A DNA stretch of 40,537 nucleotides from a virus: IMG/VR virus record IMGVR_UViG_3300002035_000002, positions 1 to 40,537 of that record; one strand, 5' to 3'. The position numbers and the translations under genes are program-made. The notes under the pieces are model-generated. The model was not told where the DNA came from. It ran no database searches and saw nothing but the letters and a program-made list of their open reading frames with translations. Of this stretch, positions 15,108-23,125 are shown in pieces (within the stretch, counting starts at the first letter, position 1; the number at the start of each line of letters is the position of its first letter).

Positions 15108-17687
15108 TTAACTAAAAAACCACTTGCTCTGTAAGACATTTTCAATATCGAAGCTGCCTCTATCTGGAAATTCACAGCCAGCAGCTTTGGCCAGCTCGTG
15201 CCAGTTCCTATAATCAGCAGACTCCCCTCCGTCAACCCCTGAAAATAGATGAACAGGATTTAGGAGAGGGTCTTCCTTATACATGTCCACGAAGGACGCC
15301 CTCAGCGCCTTGTTCATCAGCTCCACCTCGGAGGGACGGACCATAACACAGTCGTGGATTGCCCCCACGCAGCTCCCTCCGGCTCTCTTGAAGTAACAGA
15401 TTGCCCGGGCGAGGTGGGCCGAATCTAGAGAGTGGATAAAGTTAGCGACTATCCCTGTCCGGTGTGCCTTTGGGTCTACCTCATCGGAGTTGGTTATCAG
15501 GGTCAGCCTGCGCACGGTATCTGGAAGGTGGAACCCCTTTAGCTTGAGCTGCTTCCTCTGTGCCTTCGACTTGGCCTGCGTAACCCACAGTCCTGTGCTT
15601 CCGTAAGGGCCTGTCCTCCAGCTCAGTCCTCTCTCGCCTACCCACTTCCCTATTTCCTGCAAGGTGGTCATTGTCTCCATCGCCTTGGGAATTTGAGGGG
15701 CGATCTGCCCGTGGATAACCGCAGCCAGTTTGGTTATGTCAGAGTTGAATAGGGGGTGATCGTGGAGCGGCCTATTCTGGAAAACCTCATAGCCGTCCGC
15801 AGTGTAGGAGTGCCAAGGAGATTCGCAGGGGCTGGCTGTAGGGACCGCGAGTTGCTTGAGGACTGCTTCCTTGACTGCCTTTCTAATTGCTTCTCTCGTG
15901 CCTCCGTAAGGGAGAACCATGACAGGCCCTTTGCAGACTGAGCGGTCGATAAACCCTCCGGCCTTGAGAAAGCGAGACGCCCAGACGTGATCTGCTTTAT
16001 TGACATCGTGATATTGTTGGTTCAGGTGCAGCACCCCATTCGACGCTGCTAGTGCAACTCTCTTATATATGTCCTCTGCGCCCTCCTCACTCCCTTCCAT
16101 AAGGTTCACAGCTTCAGCCCCCTGCTCATCCCGCATTAGCGCAGACAGATGTTGGAGACCGTTGCAGGTCCCATCTAGTTGGATAGGGATGCAGTCCCCT
16201 TCCCCCTTCCTCACAAGCATACCATGTGCAGCAGCCGTGTGGGGTTTCCCATCTGAATCCAGCGTAGCAAGATGGTTCTCGATAACGTCAAAGTCGGTCC
16301 TGTGGGGATGTTCGGTAGGAGGAAACATCAACAGGCTCTTTCCTAGGTCCCCACTCTGAGGCGTGACCCAAGGCGTCCGGTAATACATCCGTCCCCTAAA
16401 GTCCATGTTCACGGGTAGATAGATAGCTTCTTCTGAGGCGACCCTCTTATGGTGTTCAATCCTCAGCCTGTCTGCCATGTCCCCCTCGGCTGCGATCTCC
16501 TTCACGGTGTCACTCTGGAGCCAGTCTGTATTCACCTGCCAAGGCGTCTCCGCTAGAGGCAATGCTCCCCTCTCCCAAGCAAACGTCCCCTGTGGATTCG
16601 TTATCATTCCCTTAGGTGGCCGCTGTCCGGTAACCTTCCGATGCTTCACAGTGAGGTAGTCTCCGTCCACAGGAGGAACGATCATAGGCTCTGGCGCGAA
16701 TCCACAGCTAACCCACCTCTCCACGTCCCTTGCGATTGCCTCAAGGGCTGCCGGGGATAGGTTAATCATCTTGGTTTTTCTCTTCCTACGGCTAGCCGAG
16801 TAGGTCACCTTGTCAGAGACGATAAACCAGCCTCCCACCTTCCAAGCAACATGCAGGAACATCAAAGCGAATGCCATCCACAACTGCCTGTGCTGGCCAC
16901 TCCCTCCGTCTGCCTCATCCTGCCAGCATAAGGCGAGGACGTGCCAGTCTGTATCGTCAGGGGTTCTTTTCAGCTCAAGCCTACGCGGTCGGCCTTTATA
17001 GTCGGTCACCTCGTAGACCCTCTTGCCCGAACCCATATTCTTTAGGGACTCCCCCCCTCCACGCCGCTTGGCTTGTGGCTTCACCTGTGATTGGAGCTGG
17101 AGACTTATCCGGGCGAGGCTCTTTCTCTGCTGCCATAGCTCAGGCCGTGTCTCCCGGACAGCCTGCATTGCCTTTGCCCCCTGAACGTGCGTAATAAACT
17201 GCCCGCTCACAGTATCTCTAAGGATGTCCGCTGCGTAGGTGAGGGCTGCGGTCAGGGAGGTTCCATGTGCGCCTGTCTTATCGGCTGCCAATCTAGGGAT
17301 GACTGCTCCCATGAAGGCCAGCGCTAGGTCCTCAGCGTGGGTGGTTTCCTGTTCAGAGATGACGCCCTCAACATCCCTGCCGGGACTGGCTCCTCTCAGA
17401 ATCCAGTGCATCAGCGGGAGGAGGGGTTTCTCTCTCTGGGATAGCTCCGCAGTAGGGGCATCCAGATGAAAGGCTACCTTCTCCATATCTCCTTCGATGT
17501 AGGCCTTCGCTACCGACCTCATAAGGGCAGCAATAGGAAGAACGTCCGCGTTCACCCATCTCTTAAGGACCGGACCCAGCCTACCCTTTTGGATAGCTGA
17601 GACCCTCCTACCTAATGCGATTTGTCTTTGGGTTTCCTCTCGGGCTATCTGCCTGTCTTCAAGGCTTTGCTCACTCGCCTTCATCAT
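15108..17687 (-). CDS. Single-subunit DNA-dependent RNA polymerase (T7 gp1-like)
   Basis: About 859 aa from the ATG-ATG at 17687. The tracked ORF begins at a TTG at 17729, so the start is uncertain. PVNMDFRGRMYY matches T7 PYNMDWRGRVYA. DGTCNGLQHLSALMRDEQGAEAVNL matches T7 [25 protein letters not shown]. IHDCV matches T7 IHDSF. Confidence 0.95.
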   Translation of the reverse strand: MMKASEQSLEDRQIAREETQRQIALGRRVSAIQKGRLGPVLKRWVNADVLPIAALMRSVAKAYIEGDMEKVAFHLDAPTAELSQREKPLLPLMHWILRGASPGRDVEGVISEQETTHAEDLALAFMGAVIPRLAADKTGAHGTSLTAALTYAADILRDTVSGQFITHVQGAKAMQAVRETRPELWQQRKSLARISLQLQSQVKPQAKRRGGGESLKNMGSGKRVYEVTDYKGRPRRLELKRTPDDTDWHVLALCWQDEADGGSGQHRQLWMAFALMFLHVAWKVGGWFIVSDKVTYSASRRKRKTKMINLSPAALEAIARDVERWVSCGFAPEPMIVPPVDGDYLTVKHRKVTGQRPPKGMITNPQGTFAWERGALPLAETPWQVNTDWLQSDTVKEIAAEGDMADRLRIEHHKRVASEEAIYLPVNMDFRGRMYYRTPWVTPQSGDLGKSLLMFPPTEHPHRTDFDVIENHLATLDSDGKPHTAAAHGMLVRKGEGDCIPIQLDGTCNGLQHLSALMRDEQGAEAVNLMEGSEEGAEDIYKRVALAASNGVLHLNQQYHDVNKADHVWASRFLKAGGFIDRSVCKGPVMVLPYGGTREAIRKAVKEAVLKQLAVPTASPCESPWHSYTADGYEVFQNRPLHDHPLFNSDITKLAAVIHGQIAPQIPKAMETMTTLQEIGKWVGERGLSWRTGPYGSTGLWVTQAKSKAQRKQLKLKGFHLPDTVRRLTLITNSDEVDPKAHRTGIVANFIHSLDSAHLARAICYFKRAGGSCVGAIHDCVMVRPSEVELMNKALRASFVDMYKEDPLLNPVHLFSGVDGGESADYRNWHELAKAAGCEFPDRGSFDIENVLQSKWFFS

Positions 17688-18210
17688 GGGAGGAAAGAAG
17701 GGATTGAAGGTTATCAATGAGGCGATCAATTTCCATCATGGCAATTTTAATCTGTGTCCTCCCAGAGCCAATCAACTCCGGGTCTCCGCGCTCATCACCA
17801 TGGAAAAGCTCTACGTCTGCTCGCTTCAGGTGTGCGTTTCGTGTGTGCGTTAATTGCTGAAGGACTTTCGCTACAAACTGCCCAATGACCTTTTCGGTTT
17901 CGTCTGCGCTTCGGGTCTCTTGGCTGTCTCCCCCTCCTGCAAGATAGTCCCTTTTAATCATTGCGGCTTTGGCGTCTTCCACCTCAATTAGCCAATCCAC
18001 CGCTTCTTTAGCCTGAGAGGGTAGGCTCTCCCCCATGACACTGAGAAGAACCTTACTCAGACCCACTTCCCTCTGTTTTTTCCAGACGTCGTTTAGGGCT
18101 GCTCTTTCTGGGCTACCAGAGGCGGCGTGTTTTTCTTCGAGAATCGCGGCGATCTTATCTTCGTCCATCCTCATAGGGTGCTTATGATGTGGGTTGTCTT
18201 TCGAGAACAT
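17671..18210 (-). CDS. Hypothetical early protein, 179 aa
   Basis: A long ORF in the operon with no recognised motif. Its 3' end overlaps the RNAP start. Confidence 0.6.
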   Translation of the reverse strand: MFSKDNPHHKHPMRMDEDKIAAILEEKHAASGSPERAALNDVWKKQREVGLSKVLLSVMGESLPSQAKEAVDWLIEVEDAKAAMIKRDYLAGGGDSQETRSADETEKVIGQFVAKVLQQLTHTRNAHLKRADVELFHGDERGDPELIGSGRTQIKIAMMEIDRLIDNLQSLLSSHDEGE

Positions 18211-18370
18211 TAGCTTTCATCCTTTCCCGTGTCAGTGTGCGTCTAGCTAAAGACTTCGTGTAGCCTCTCGCTCTCAACAAGTCAAACGCTAATTGATAAG
18301 GCAAGTGGACGACCCACTCATTAGTACCTTTCTTGGTGAGCTTCTTAAATTCCTTTAGGGTTATGGTCAT
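18182..18370 (-). CDS. Hypothetical early protein, 62 aa, basic
   Basis: An ORF packed tightly between its neighbours. No family was recognised. Confidence 0.5.
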   Translation of the reverse strand: MTITLKEFKKLTKKGTNEWVVHLPYQLAFDLLRARGYTKSLARRTLTRERMKANVLERQPTS

Positions 18371-18373
18371 CTG

Positions 18374-18712
18374 TTAATACCTTTTGGGTTTCCTAGAGAG
18401 GTCAAAGGAGGTGCGCTCGCCCATAGCCGAGAGGGTGTGCCTCCTCTCCCTGATCTGCTCTCTCCCCATCCGCTCTTTAGCAATACGGTAGGCCTGTTCA
18501 AGGAGGCGGGGATTGCATCTGACGATCTCCAAAGCAGCTTCTTCTACTATGTGATGCACTCTCGGGTCGTGGCTTCCGCTCAGGTCCAGCATCCAATAAA
18601 TTTCGGCCAGCTTAACCTCATTAGAGAACCCTTTGGCTTCCATAAGGGGAATGATTCTGAGGAGTTTGTCATATACGTTCTCTTCATTCGAGCGTCTCTC
18701 GTCCCAGCTCAT
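18374..18712 (-). CDS. Hypothetical early protein, 112 aa
   Basis: The ORF start overlaps the integrase stop. No family was recognised. Confidence 0.6.
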   Translation of the reverse strand: MSWDERRSNEENVYDKLLRIIPLMEAKGFSNEVKLAEIYWMLDLSGSHDPRVHHIVEEAALEIVRCNPRLLEQAYRIAKERMGREQIRERRHTLSAMGERTSFDLSRKPKRY

Positions 18713-19482
18713 CTCGCTACTGCCCTCTCTAGATCTTCTCTATCGACCCCTAAATATATGGCTGTTGTGGTTATGTCTGCGTGGCCTAGAAGGGTCTGAA
18801 CCACTTTCAGGTTCTTGCCTGATCGATCATAGGCCTCAGTCGCGAAGTAATGCCGGAGTTTGTGAGGTGTGAACCAGACGGGAAGGTAAAGCTCCTTGCG
18901 TCCTTTGTCCCATTGCGCCCAAAAAGTTTTATAGGGGACGTGCTTAACAGAGCCGCCCTGCATAACTAGGTCTCGGGCAAGGGGACTAAGAGGAATAGCC
19001 CTTTCGTGGCCGCCTTTGCCCTCCACCCATACCCAAGCCTCAGTGTCAGTATGATAGTCAGATAGAGCTTCTTTCTCAATCCGCATCCCTGTCTCAGCTA
19101 GAAACAGGACCAACCATGCGCTATCGTGTAATCCCTTACCCTCCATCCAATCGGCCATTGCCTCAATCCACTCTCTCTGGACTCGCTCCCTCTGTTTTCG
19201 GGGGGGAGTAGGTGCCTTAGGCCAGTTGGCAGTTGGGACCCCAGCTAGGGAAAGCATCGTCTTGAAGGCGTTGTATTTGGCCTGCACCGTGGAGCGTTTG
19301 CCACTGAGGCGGGACAGAATACGGGTCCCTGTAGTGGGGCCTAGATCGGTGAGTTTTGTGTCTCCCCCTTGCGATAGACAATCGAAGCAATGAGTGCATC
19401 TCGACCGCATGACCTTTGCAGAGGGACCTGAGGCTTCCCAGAATTGATAGGCTTCTTCTAGGGCGTCGTGTAGGGTTTTCAA
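18709..19482 (-). CDS. int: Tyrosine recombinase / integrase (short, XerC/D-like size)
   Basis: 257 aa. The catalytic signature is present: R in ETGMRIEKE, HKLRH (HxxR), LLGHADITTTAIYLGV (H...Y). The start is a TTG at 19482 with AGGAG 8 nt upstream. Confidence 0.85.
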   Translation of the reverse strand: MKTLHDALEEAYQFWEASGPSAKVMRSRCTHCFDCLSQGGDTKLTDLGPTTGTRILSRLSGKRSTVQAKYNAFKTMLSLAGVPTANWPKAPTPPRKQRERVQREWIEAMADWMEGKGLHDSAWLVLFLAETGMRIEKEALSDYHTDTEAWVWVEGKGGHERAIPLSPLARDLVMQGGSVKHVPYKTFWAQWDKGRKELYLPVWFTPHKLRHYFATEAYDRSGKNLKVVQTLLGHADITTTAIYLGVDREDLERAVAR

Positions 19483-19493
19483 TTCGGTTACTC

Positions 19494-19766
19494 CTATTCC
19501 TCTTGTGCCTGTCTTACCAGCTCCATATAGTGCTGTAAAGGGTCTTTCTTAAAACCCCCCGGCCCCTTCAATGCTCTCACACGTAATTCCTCCAGCGTAG
19601 GACCTGCTATGAGAGGGGCGAGGTTTTGGAGTTTATCGAAGTGTTCCCGTTCGACCCTTTCTTGCTGCCTCTCTGCCCAAGTCATTCCCCAAGCGTCCCG
19701 TAAAGGCCAAACATGATCACCGCTCTTGCGGTCTCGGTTAGGTTCACAGTGTTTCATTTTAGTCAC
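19494..19766 (-). CDS. Hypothetical early protein, 90 aa
   Basis: An ORF in the operon that overlaps the upstream gene by 8 nt. Confidence 0.6.
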   Translation of the reverse strand: MTKMKHCEPNRDRKSGDHVWPLRDAWGMTWAERQQERVEREHFDKLQNLAPLIAGPTLEELRVRALKGPGGFKKDPLQHYMELVRQAQEE

Positions 19767-19953
19767 TCCTTTTTGGTGAAACTAAGGTGTGCCGATCTAA
19801 CTCGAATTCCCCACGATTAGTCCTAAGCAGGACCTTTTGTGGGTCTTTCATAGTGTGAACGTCCAGCACCTTGCGGTTTCCGTAAAGATATATCTCACTC
19901 CCTACTGTCAGCCTGACAACTCTTTTGTAGCCTTGCTCTATTGCGTTGTTCAT
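19759..19953 (-). CDS. Hypothetical early protein, 64 aa
   Basis: The ATG is preceded by the repeated leader ...GGATTAAATAAAAGGAGATAGGGAA. Confidence 0.6.
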   Translation of the reverse strand: MNNAIEQGYKRVVRLTVGSEIYLYGNRKVLDVHTMKDPQKVLLRTNRGEFELDRHTLVSPKRSD

Positions 19954-19957
19954 TTCC

Positions 19958-19988
19958 CTATCTCCTTTTATTTAATCCTCTGAAAGCC
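19958..19988 (-). repeat. 31-nt translation-initiation cassette, copy 1. It is 30/31 identical to 20166-20196.
   Basis: The plus strand reads ctatctccttttatttaatcctctga(a/g)agcc. The minus strand reads GGCT(T/C)TCAGAGGATTAAATAAAAGGAGATAG and lies immediately 5' of a start codon in both copies. Confidence 0.9.
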
Positions 19989-19990
19989 TC

Positions 19991-20161
19991 CTATTCATAA
20001 GCCATGCGCTGCCAAAAGAGATATTGCCCATAGTGGTCTTCTAATTCGCTAGTCACATAGCGTTGGGTCCTATCTTGGCAACCGCCTTTAAAGTGCCCAG
20101 CGTGCCAATATCCGCACTTGCTGCACTCTTTATAGACTTCGGCGTCAAATTCCTTAGACAT
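19991..20161 (-). CDS. Small Cys/His-rich protein of 56 aa, not in the ORF track
   Basis: Hand translation gives MSKEFDAEVYKECSKCGYWHAGHFKGGCQDRTQRYVTSELEDHYGQYLFWQRMAYE. The ATG is preceded by copy 2 of the AAGGAGATA cassette. Confidence 0.5.
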   Translation of the reverse strand: MSKEFDAEVYKECSKCGYWHAGHFKGGCQDRTQRYVTSELEDHYGQYLFWQRMAYE

Positions 20162-20165
20162 TCTT

Positions 20166-20196
20166 CTATCTCCTTTTATTTAATCCTCTGAGAGCC
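20166..20196 (-). repeat. 31-nt translation-initiation cassette, copy 2
   Basis: See 19958-19988. The two copies are 208 nt apart. Confidence 0.9.
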
Positions 20197-20330
20197 GTCC
20201 TGTGACTTGCGCCATAACAGCGAGCATAGAGAAGCCTCTTTCGGGTCCTGCGGTCAGATATACTCCATATCCATTGAAAGCGCAGTTTCCAAAACTGGGT
20301 TTTTACTTTGGTAAGCCACTTGGACCACAT
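20166..20330 (-). CDS. Possible small basic Trp-rich protein of 54 aa, not in the ORF track
   Basis: Hand translation gives MWSKWLTKVKTQFWKLRFQWIWSISDRRTRKRLLYARCYGASHRTALRGLNKRR. AAGGAGATA lies 5 nt before the ATG at 20330. If this ORF is not real, 20162-20334 is non-coding. Confidence 0.35.
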   Translation of the reverse strand: MWSKWLTKVKTQFWKLRFQWIWSISDRRTRKRLLYARCYGASHRTALRGLNKRR

Positions 20331-20334
20331 AGAT

Positions 20335-20628
20335 TTATCTCCTTAATAAGTTGTCTTCGTCCGGGAAGGGAGGCGGCGCCTTGCCCTCTTTTTTATCTTG
20401 CCCAATCCAGCTATCCACCTCCCTTGTAATGGGTGATAGGTTGCCAAACTGCTTTGATAGTCTCCAATGATAAAGAAGACGATAAAGGGTAAGGTTACCA
20501 GACCGCATACGGGCCTCACTCTTGGCTTTCTGCTTACAGGCTGGCGAGCAAAAAATCTGATCGCGGCGCGTGGGCGGGAACATCGTCTCGCATGTCCCAC
20601 AAGGGCGTTGTTTATGGCTGACTGTCAT
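20335..20628 (-). CDS. Zinc-finger protein, 97 aa (CxxC...FCSxxC, TRASH/FCS-like)
   Basis: It contains CGTCETMFPPTRRDQIFCSPACKQKA. The start overlaps the upstream stop. Confidence 0.65.
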   Translation of the reverse strand: MTVSHKQRPCGTCETMFPPTRRDQIFCSPACKQKAKSEARMRSGNLTLYRLLYHWRLSKQFGNLSPITREVDSWIGQDKKEGKAPPPFPDEDNLLRR

Positions 20629-21296
20629 CAGTAATAGCCTCCCTCGTCATAAATTTCATCGATGGAGGCCTGTCCAGCACCCCAAGCCAAGCGGAAACGC
20701 TGCCCTTCAAAGTCAATCCACTTAACAGACTTCTCAACTTCTATCTTAATGGCTCCCAACTGGTTATTACTCCGGAATTGGTCACCAAAGCGGCGATTGC
20801 ATTTGCGGTAGCCTGTCCGCATCCTGTGGAGGGCTAGGTTGAGGTATTCGTCCATACGCCCGTTAAGGTAAAATTCGCAAAAGGTTTCCCTGTCATACTC
20901 TTCCGGAATGTCTTCTCTTGCTTTCTGGATTATATACCTAAAGGCTTCGTCCTGATCATGGGGAAGGGTGGCCATACTATGCGGCCCGTTCCACCCATCC
21001 CAGTCTGAGAACATGTTCACAAGGTCGCTTGCTAGGTTCTCTTCTGGACTATAGTAGTTAGAGGTTCCTAGGTCTCCCCATCTCCCCCGACAGTGCCATA
21101 CACCCCCTAAGGCCTCTATCTCATCCCACACAGGCCCCATATTAGACAGCCCGTTTTGATGCTCGATAAGGTCATGCGCTATCATAAGCCCGTCCCGATC
21201 TGCTGAGAAACCATCAAAGCTAGGCGTCCCCTCAATCTTGAACCCTAGGCTCGTGTCATACTCATCTGAGCAAGCCTCTAGTGTTACATATCTCAT
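20628..21296 (-). CDS. Hypothetical early protein, 222 aa, Asp/Glu-rich
   Basis: A long ORF and the second gene after the sigma70 promoter. No family was recognised. Confidence 0.7.
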   Translation of the reverse strand: MRYVTLEACSDEYDTSLGFKIEGTPSFDGFSADRDGLMIAHDLIEHQNGLSNMGPVWDEIEALGGVWHCRGRWGDLGTSNYYSPEENLASDLVNMFSDWDGWNGPHSMATLPHDQDEAFRYIIQKAREDIPEEYDRETFCEFYLNGRMDEYLNLALHRMRTGYRKCNRRFGDQFRSNNQLGAIKIEVEKSVKWIDFEGQRFRLAWGAGQASIDEIYDEGGYY

Positions 21297-21373
21297 TTCG
21301 GTTACTCCATTTAGGCACTATTGCCATAGAGACCTAGGAAGGGTTATCTCCCTAGGCCTTTAGGCAATAGCTC

Positions 21374-22084
21374 TTAACGAACAGCGAAGCCTCCGCACCC
21401 TTCCCCAGTTTCCCGAGGCTGAGTATGGCCGAGGCTGGCCTTTAGGTAGTCCCTAACAGCATTCCGCCTTATGTCGGGACTTGTTGCCGCAAAGCTAGGT
21501 GACCGATAGCCTTTCCACGTCAAAGCTGACATGACAATCCAGTAGGTAACGTAACGGCTTTTCAGCCAGTCCAGTGCTACCTCCCTAGCCACCAGCTTTC
21601 CTACAGGTAGCCAAGGGTCACCTGCACCGTCCTGAGGCGGGTTGTCCTTTACCTCCTTAGCAAAGGCACTAATCAGCTTCTTTTCAGCTTCCCTCGTGGT
21701 TACGTCCAAAAGAGCTTTCTTAGTGAGACACTTCCCAGTTTCCCGGTCGAAGGTAACAGGCTTGTCACCTATTGGGAAGCGGCCCGATGGCGTGGTGATA
21801 TAACAGATACCCTTTTCACTGCCACAATACCATTTAGACGGCAAATAGGAATGAATGCGGTCCCTAGTAGTCAGCGTATTCCAGCCCCCGGTATTGACTG
21901 TAAGGCGGCCCTTTTTGTGGTCCTGAATAAGAATGTCCGTAGCGTGTAGCCTTATGTGGTCTAACCCCTTCGGCCCCTGATAGCGGAAGGTATTGTTCGC
22001 CACCTTTTGAACGTCTTTCATTCCCAGCTCTAAGCCGTGATCGTTGTTGATACGCGCAATGGCGTCTGTTTTAGTCCATCTCAT
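21374..22084 (-). CDS. Hypothetical early protein, 236 aa. It is the first gene of the early operon.
   Basis: ATG at 22084 (MRWTKTDAIARI...) has AAAGGAG 8 nt upstream. The tracked 257-aa version starts at the TTG of the promoter -35 box and is rejected. Confidence 0.7.
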   Translation of the reverse strand: MRWTKTDAIARINNDHGLELGMKDVQKVANNTFRYQGPKGLDHIRLHATDILIQDHKKGRLTVNTGGWNTLTTRDRIHSYLPSKWYCGSEKGICYITTPSGRFPIGDKPVTFDRETGKCLTKKALLDVTTREAEKKLISAFAKEVKDNPPQDGAGDPWLPVGKLVAREVALDWLKSRYVTYWIVMSALTWKGYRSPSFAATSPDIRRNAVRDYLKASLGHTQPRETGEGCGGFAVR

Positions 22085-22118
22085 TATGGTTACTCCTTTA
22101 GCGTGATTGCTGTAGACC

Positions 22119-22147
22119 CTTATAGAGGTGCCCCCTCTTGCTGTCAA
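22119..22147 (-). promoter_or_regulatory. Host sigma70-type early promoter with an A/T-rich UP-like element
   Basis: The minus strand reads TTTATTTTTTTC-TTGACA-GCAAGAGGGGGCACCTC-TATAAG. The -35 is a perfect TTGACA, the spacer is 17 nt and the -10 matches 5 of 6. It lies 35 nt upstream of the first early ATG. Confidence 0.65.
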
Positions 22148-22280
22148 GAAAAAAATAAAGGGCTGAACACAGGGGCAGACAAGGGCATTAGGATTTGGTG
22201 AATGGCAATAGTGGTTTCAGAGATACTATGTAGTATATCTAATAGGTAGCTAGAACAATAAGTTAGGCTAAGTTTGCACG

Positions 22281-22334
22281 CCCCCCGGCAAAGATACGCC
22301 CCCCCTACCCCCTATGAAGGCCCCCCAAGGGGGG
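22281..22334 (-). other. Cluster of homopolymer C/G tracts including a C6-AA-G6 hairpin. On the sense strand there are four G-tracts, which is G4-capable. It is a candidate end-of-genome or terminator element.
   Basis: The plus strand has C6 (22281-86), C7 (22299-305), C5 (22308-12), C6 (22321-26) and G6 (22329-34). It lies between the last late gene and the sigma70 promoter. Confidence 0.4.
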
Positions 22335-22382
22335 AAACTCAGTGGTCGCCTTCGCGTATATGTAGGGGTTCAGATTTTTGTG

Positions 22383-22859
22383 CTATTTTTTCTGGGAGTC
22401 TCTAGGCCCTTGGGAGCGGATTCCTGTAGTGTATACCTCATCAGCCCCACACAGAGAACAGTATCCTCGGTGCCATTGATGGCCGGGGCAAGCGATCTCT
22501 TTCTCGATTCTCCCCAGCCGTAGTCTCCATAGCCGCATCCTTGTAGGCATGTCTTCCTTGAGACCCGTGAGGACGATCTGAGGCAGGCCCTCATCCCAGT
22601 TGACCCCTGAGGCGGTGGAGGATTCCACACAGGAGGCCGGGACAGCTTCCTTGAAGTAGGGAGACCACTCAGACCTCCTATCCCAAAGCTCCTTCGTCAT
22701 CTGGTCCCAGTCCTCGTCTGCCATCATTGTTTCATCGAGGCAGGCATACGCACAGGAAGTATCTAGCCAGAGCCTCTCAAGGTCCTTGATAGGGGTTCCT
22801 TTTCCGAGAGGAGGGGAAGGGAGGGGAGTCACTCTTCCGCCAATCCTTCCTTCAACCAT
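22383..22859 (-). CDS. Hypothetical protein, up to 158 aa, with a C-terminal Cys/His cluster
   Basis: The ORF ends in CPGHQWHRGYCSLCG. The start is ambiguous: ATG at 22859, or a GTG at 22832 that overlaps the upstream stop as GTGA. Confidence 0.55.
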   Translation of the reverse strand: MVEGRIGGRVTPLPSPPLGKGTPIKDLERLWLDTSCAYACLDETMMADEDWDQMTKELWDRRSEWSPYFKEAVPASCVESSTASGVNWDEGLPQIVLTGLKEDMPTRMRLWRLRLGRIEKEIACPGHQWHRGYCSLCGADEVYTTGIRSQGPRDSQKK

Positions 22860-23125
22860 CCCAGAACTTCCCCATAGTCTGCGTTCCCTAGCAGAGCTTG
22901 TCGGGGAGAGGGGGACCCCTCCTCTTCGAGAACGAGGGTAGGGACGCCCTTGAGGGAAACCGCTAAGGCAGCCTCTGAGTCTTCGTCAATGTCGATCTCC
23001 TGAAGCTCTATTCCCCACGGTCCTTCCTTCTTCAGAACAGAGTGTAAGGTTTCCCGGAAGAACTGACAGGGGCGGGACCATGAGGCCGTGTAGAGTTTGA
23101 GTTGCCTAGGCACCCTGAATATCAT
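22829..23125 (-). CDS. Thioredoxin-fold protein with a variant active site (WSRPC instead of WCGPC)
   Basis: 98 aa. [15 protein letters not shown]...[23 protein letters not shown] aligns with E. coli TrxA ILVDFWAEWCGPCKMI...[23 protein letters not shown], including the cis-Pro motif. Confidence 0.8.
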   Translation of the reverse strand: MIFRVPRQLKLYTASWSRPCQFFRETLHSVLKKEGPWGIELQEIDIDEDSEAALAVSLKGVPTLVLEEEGSPSPRQALLGNADYGEVLGWLKEGLAEE

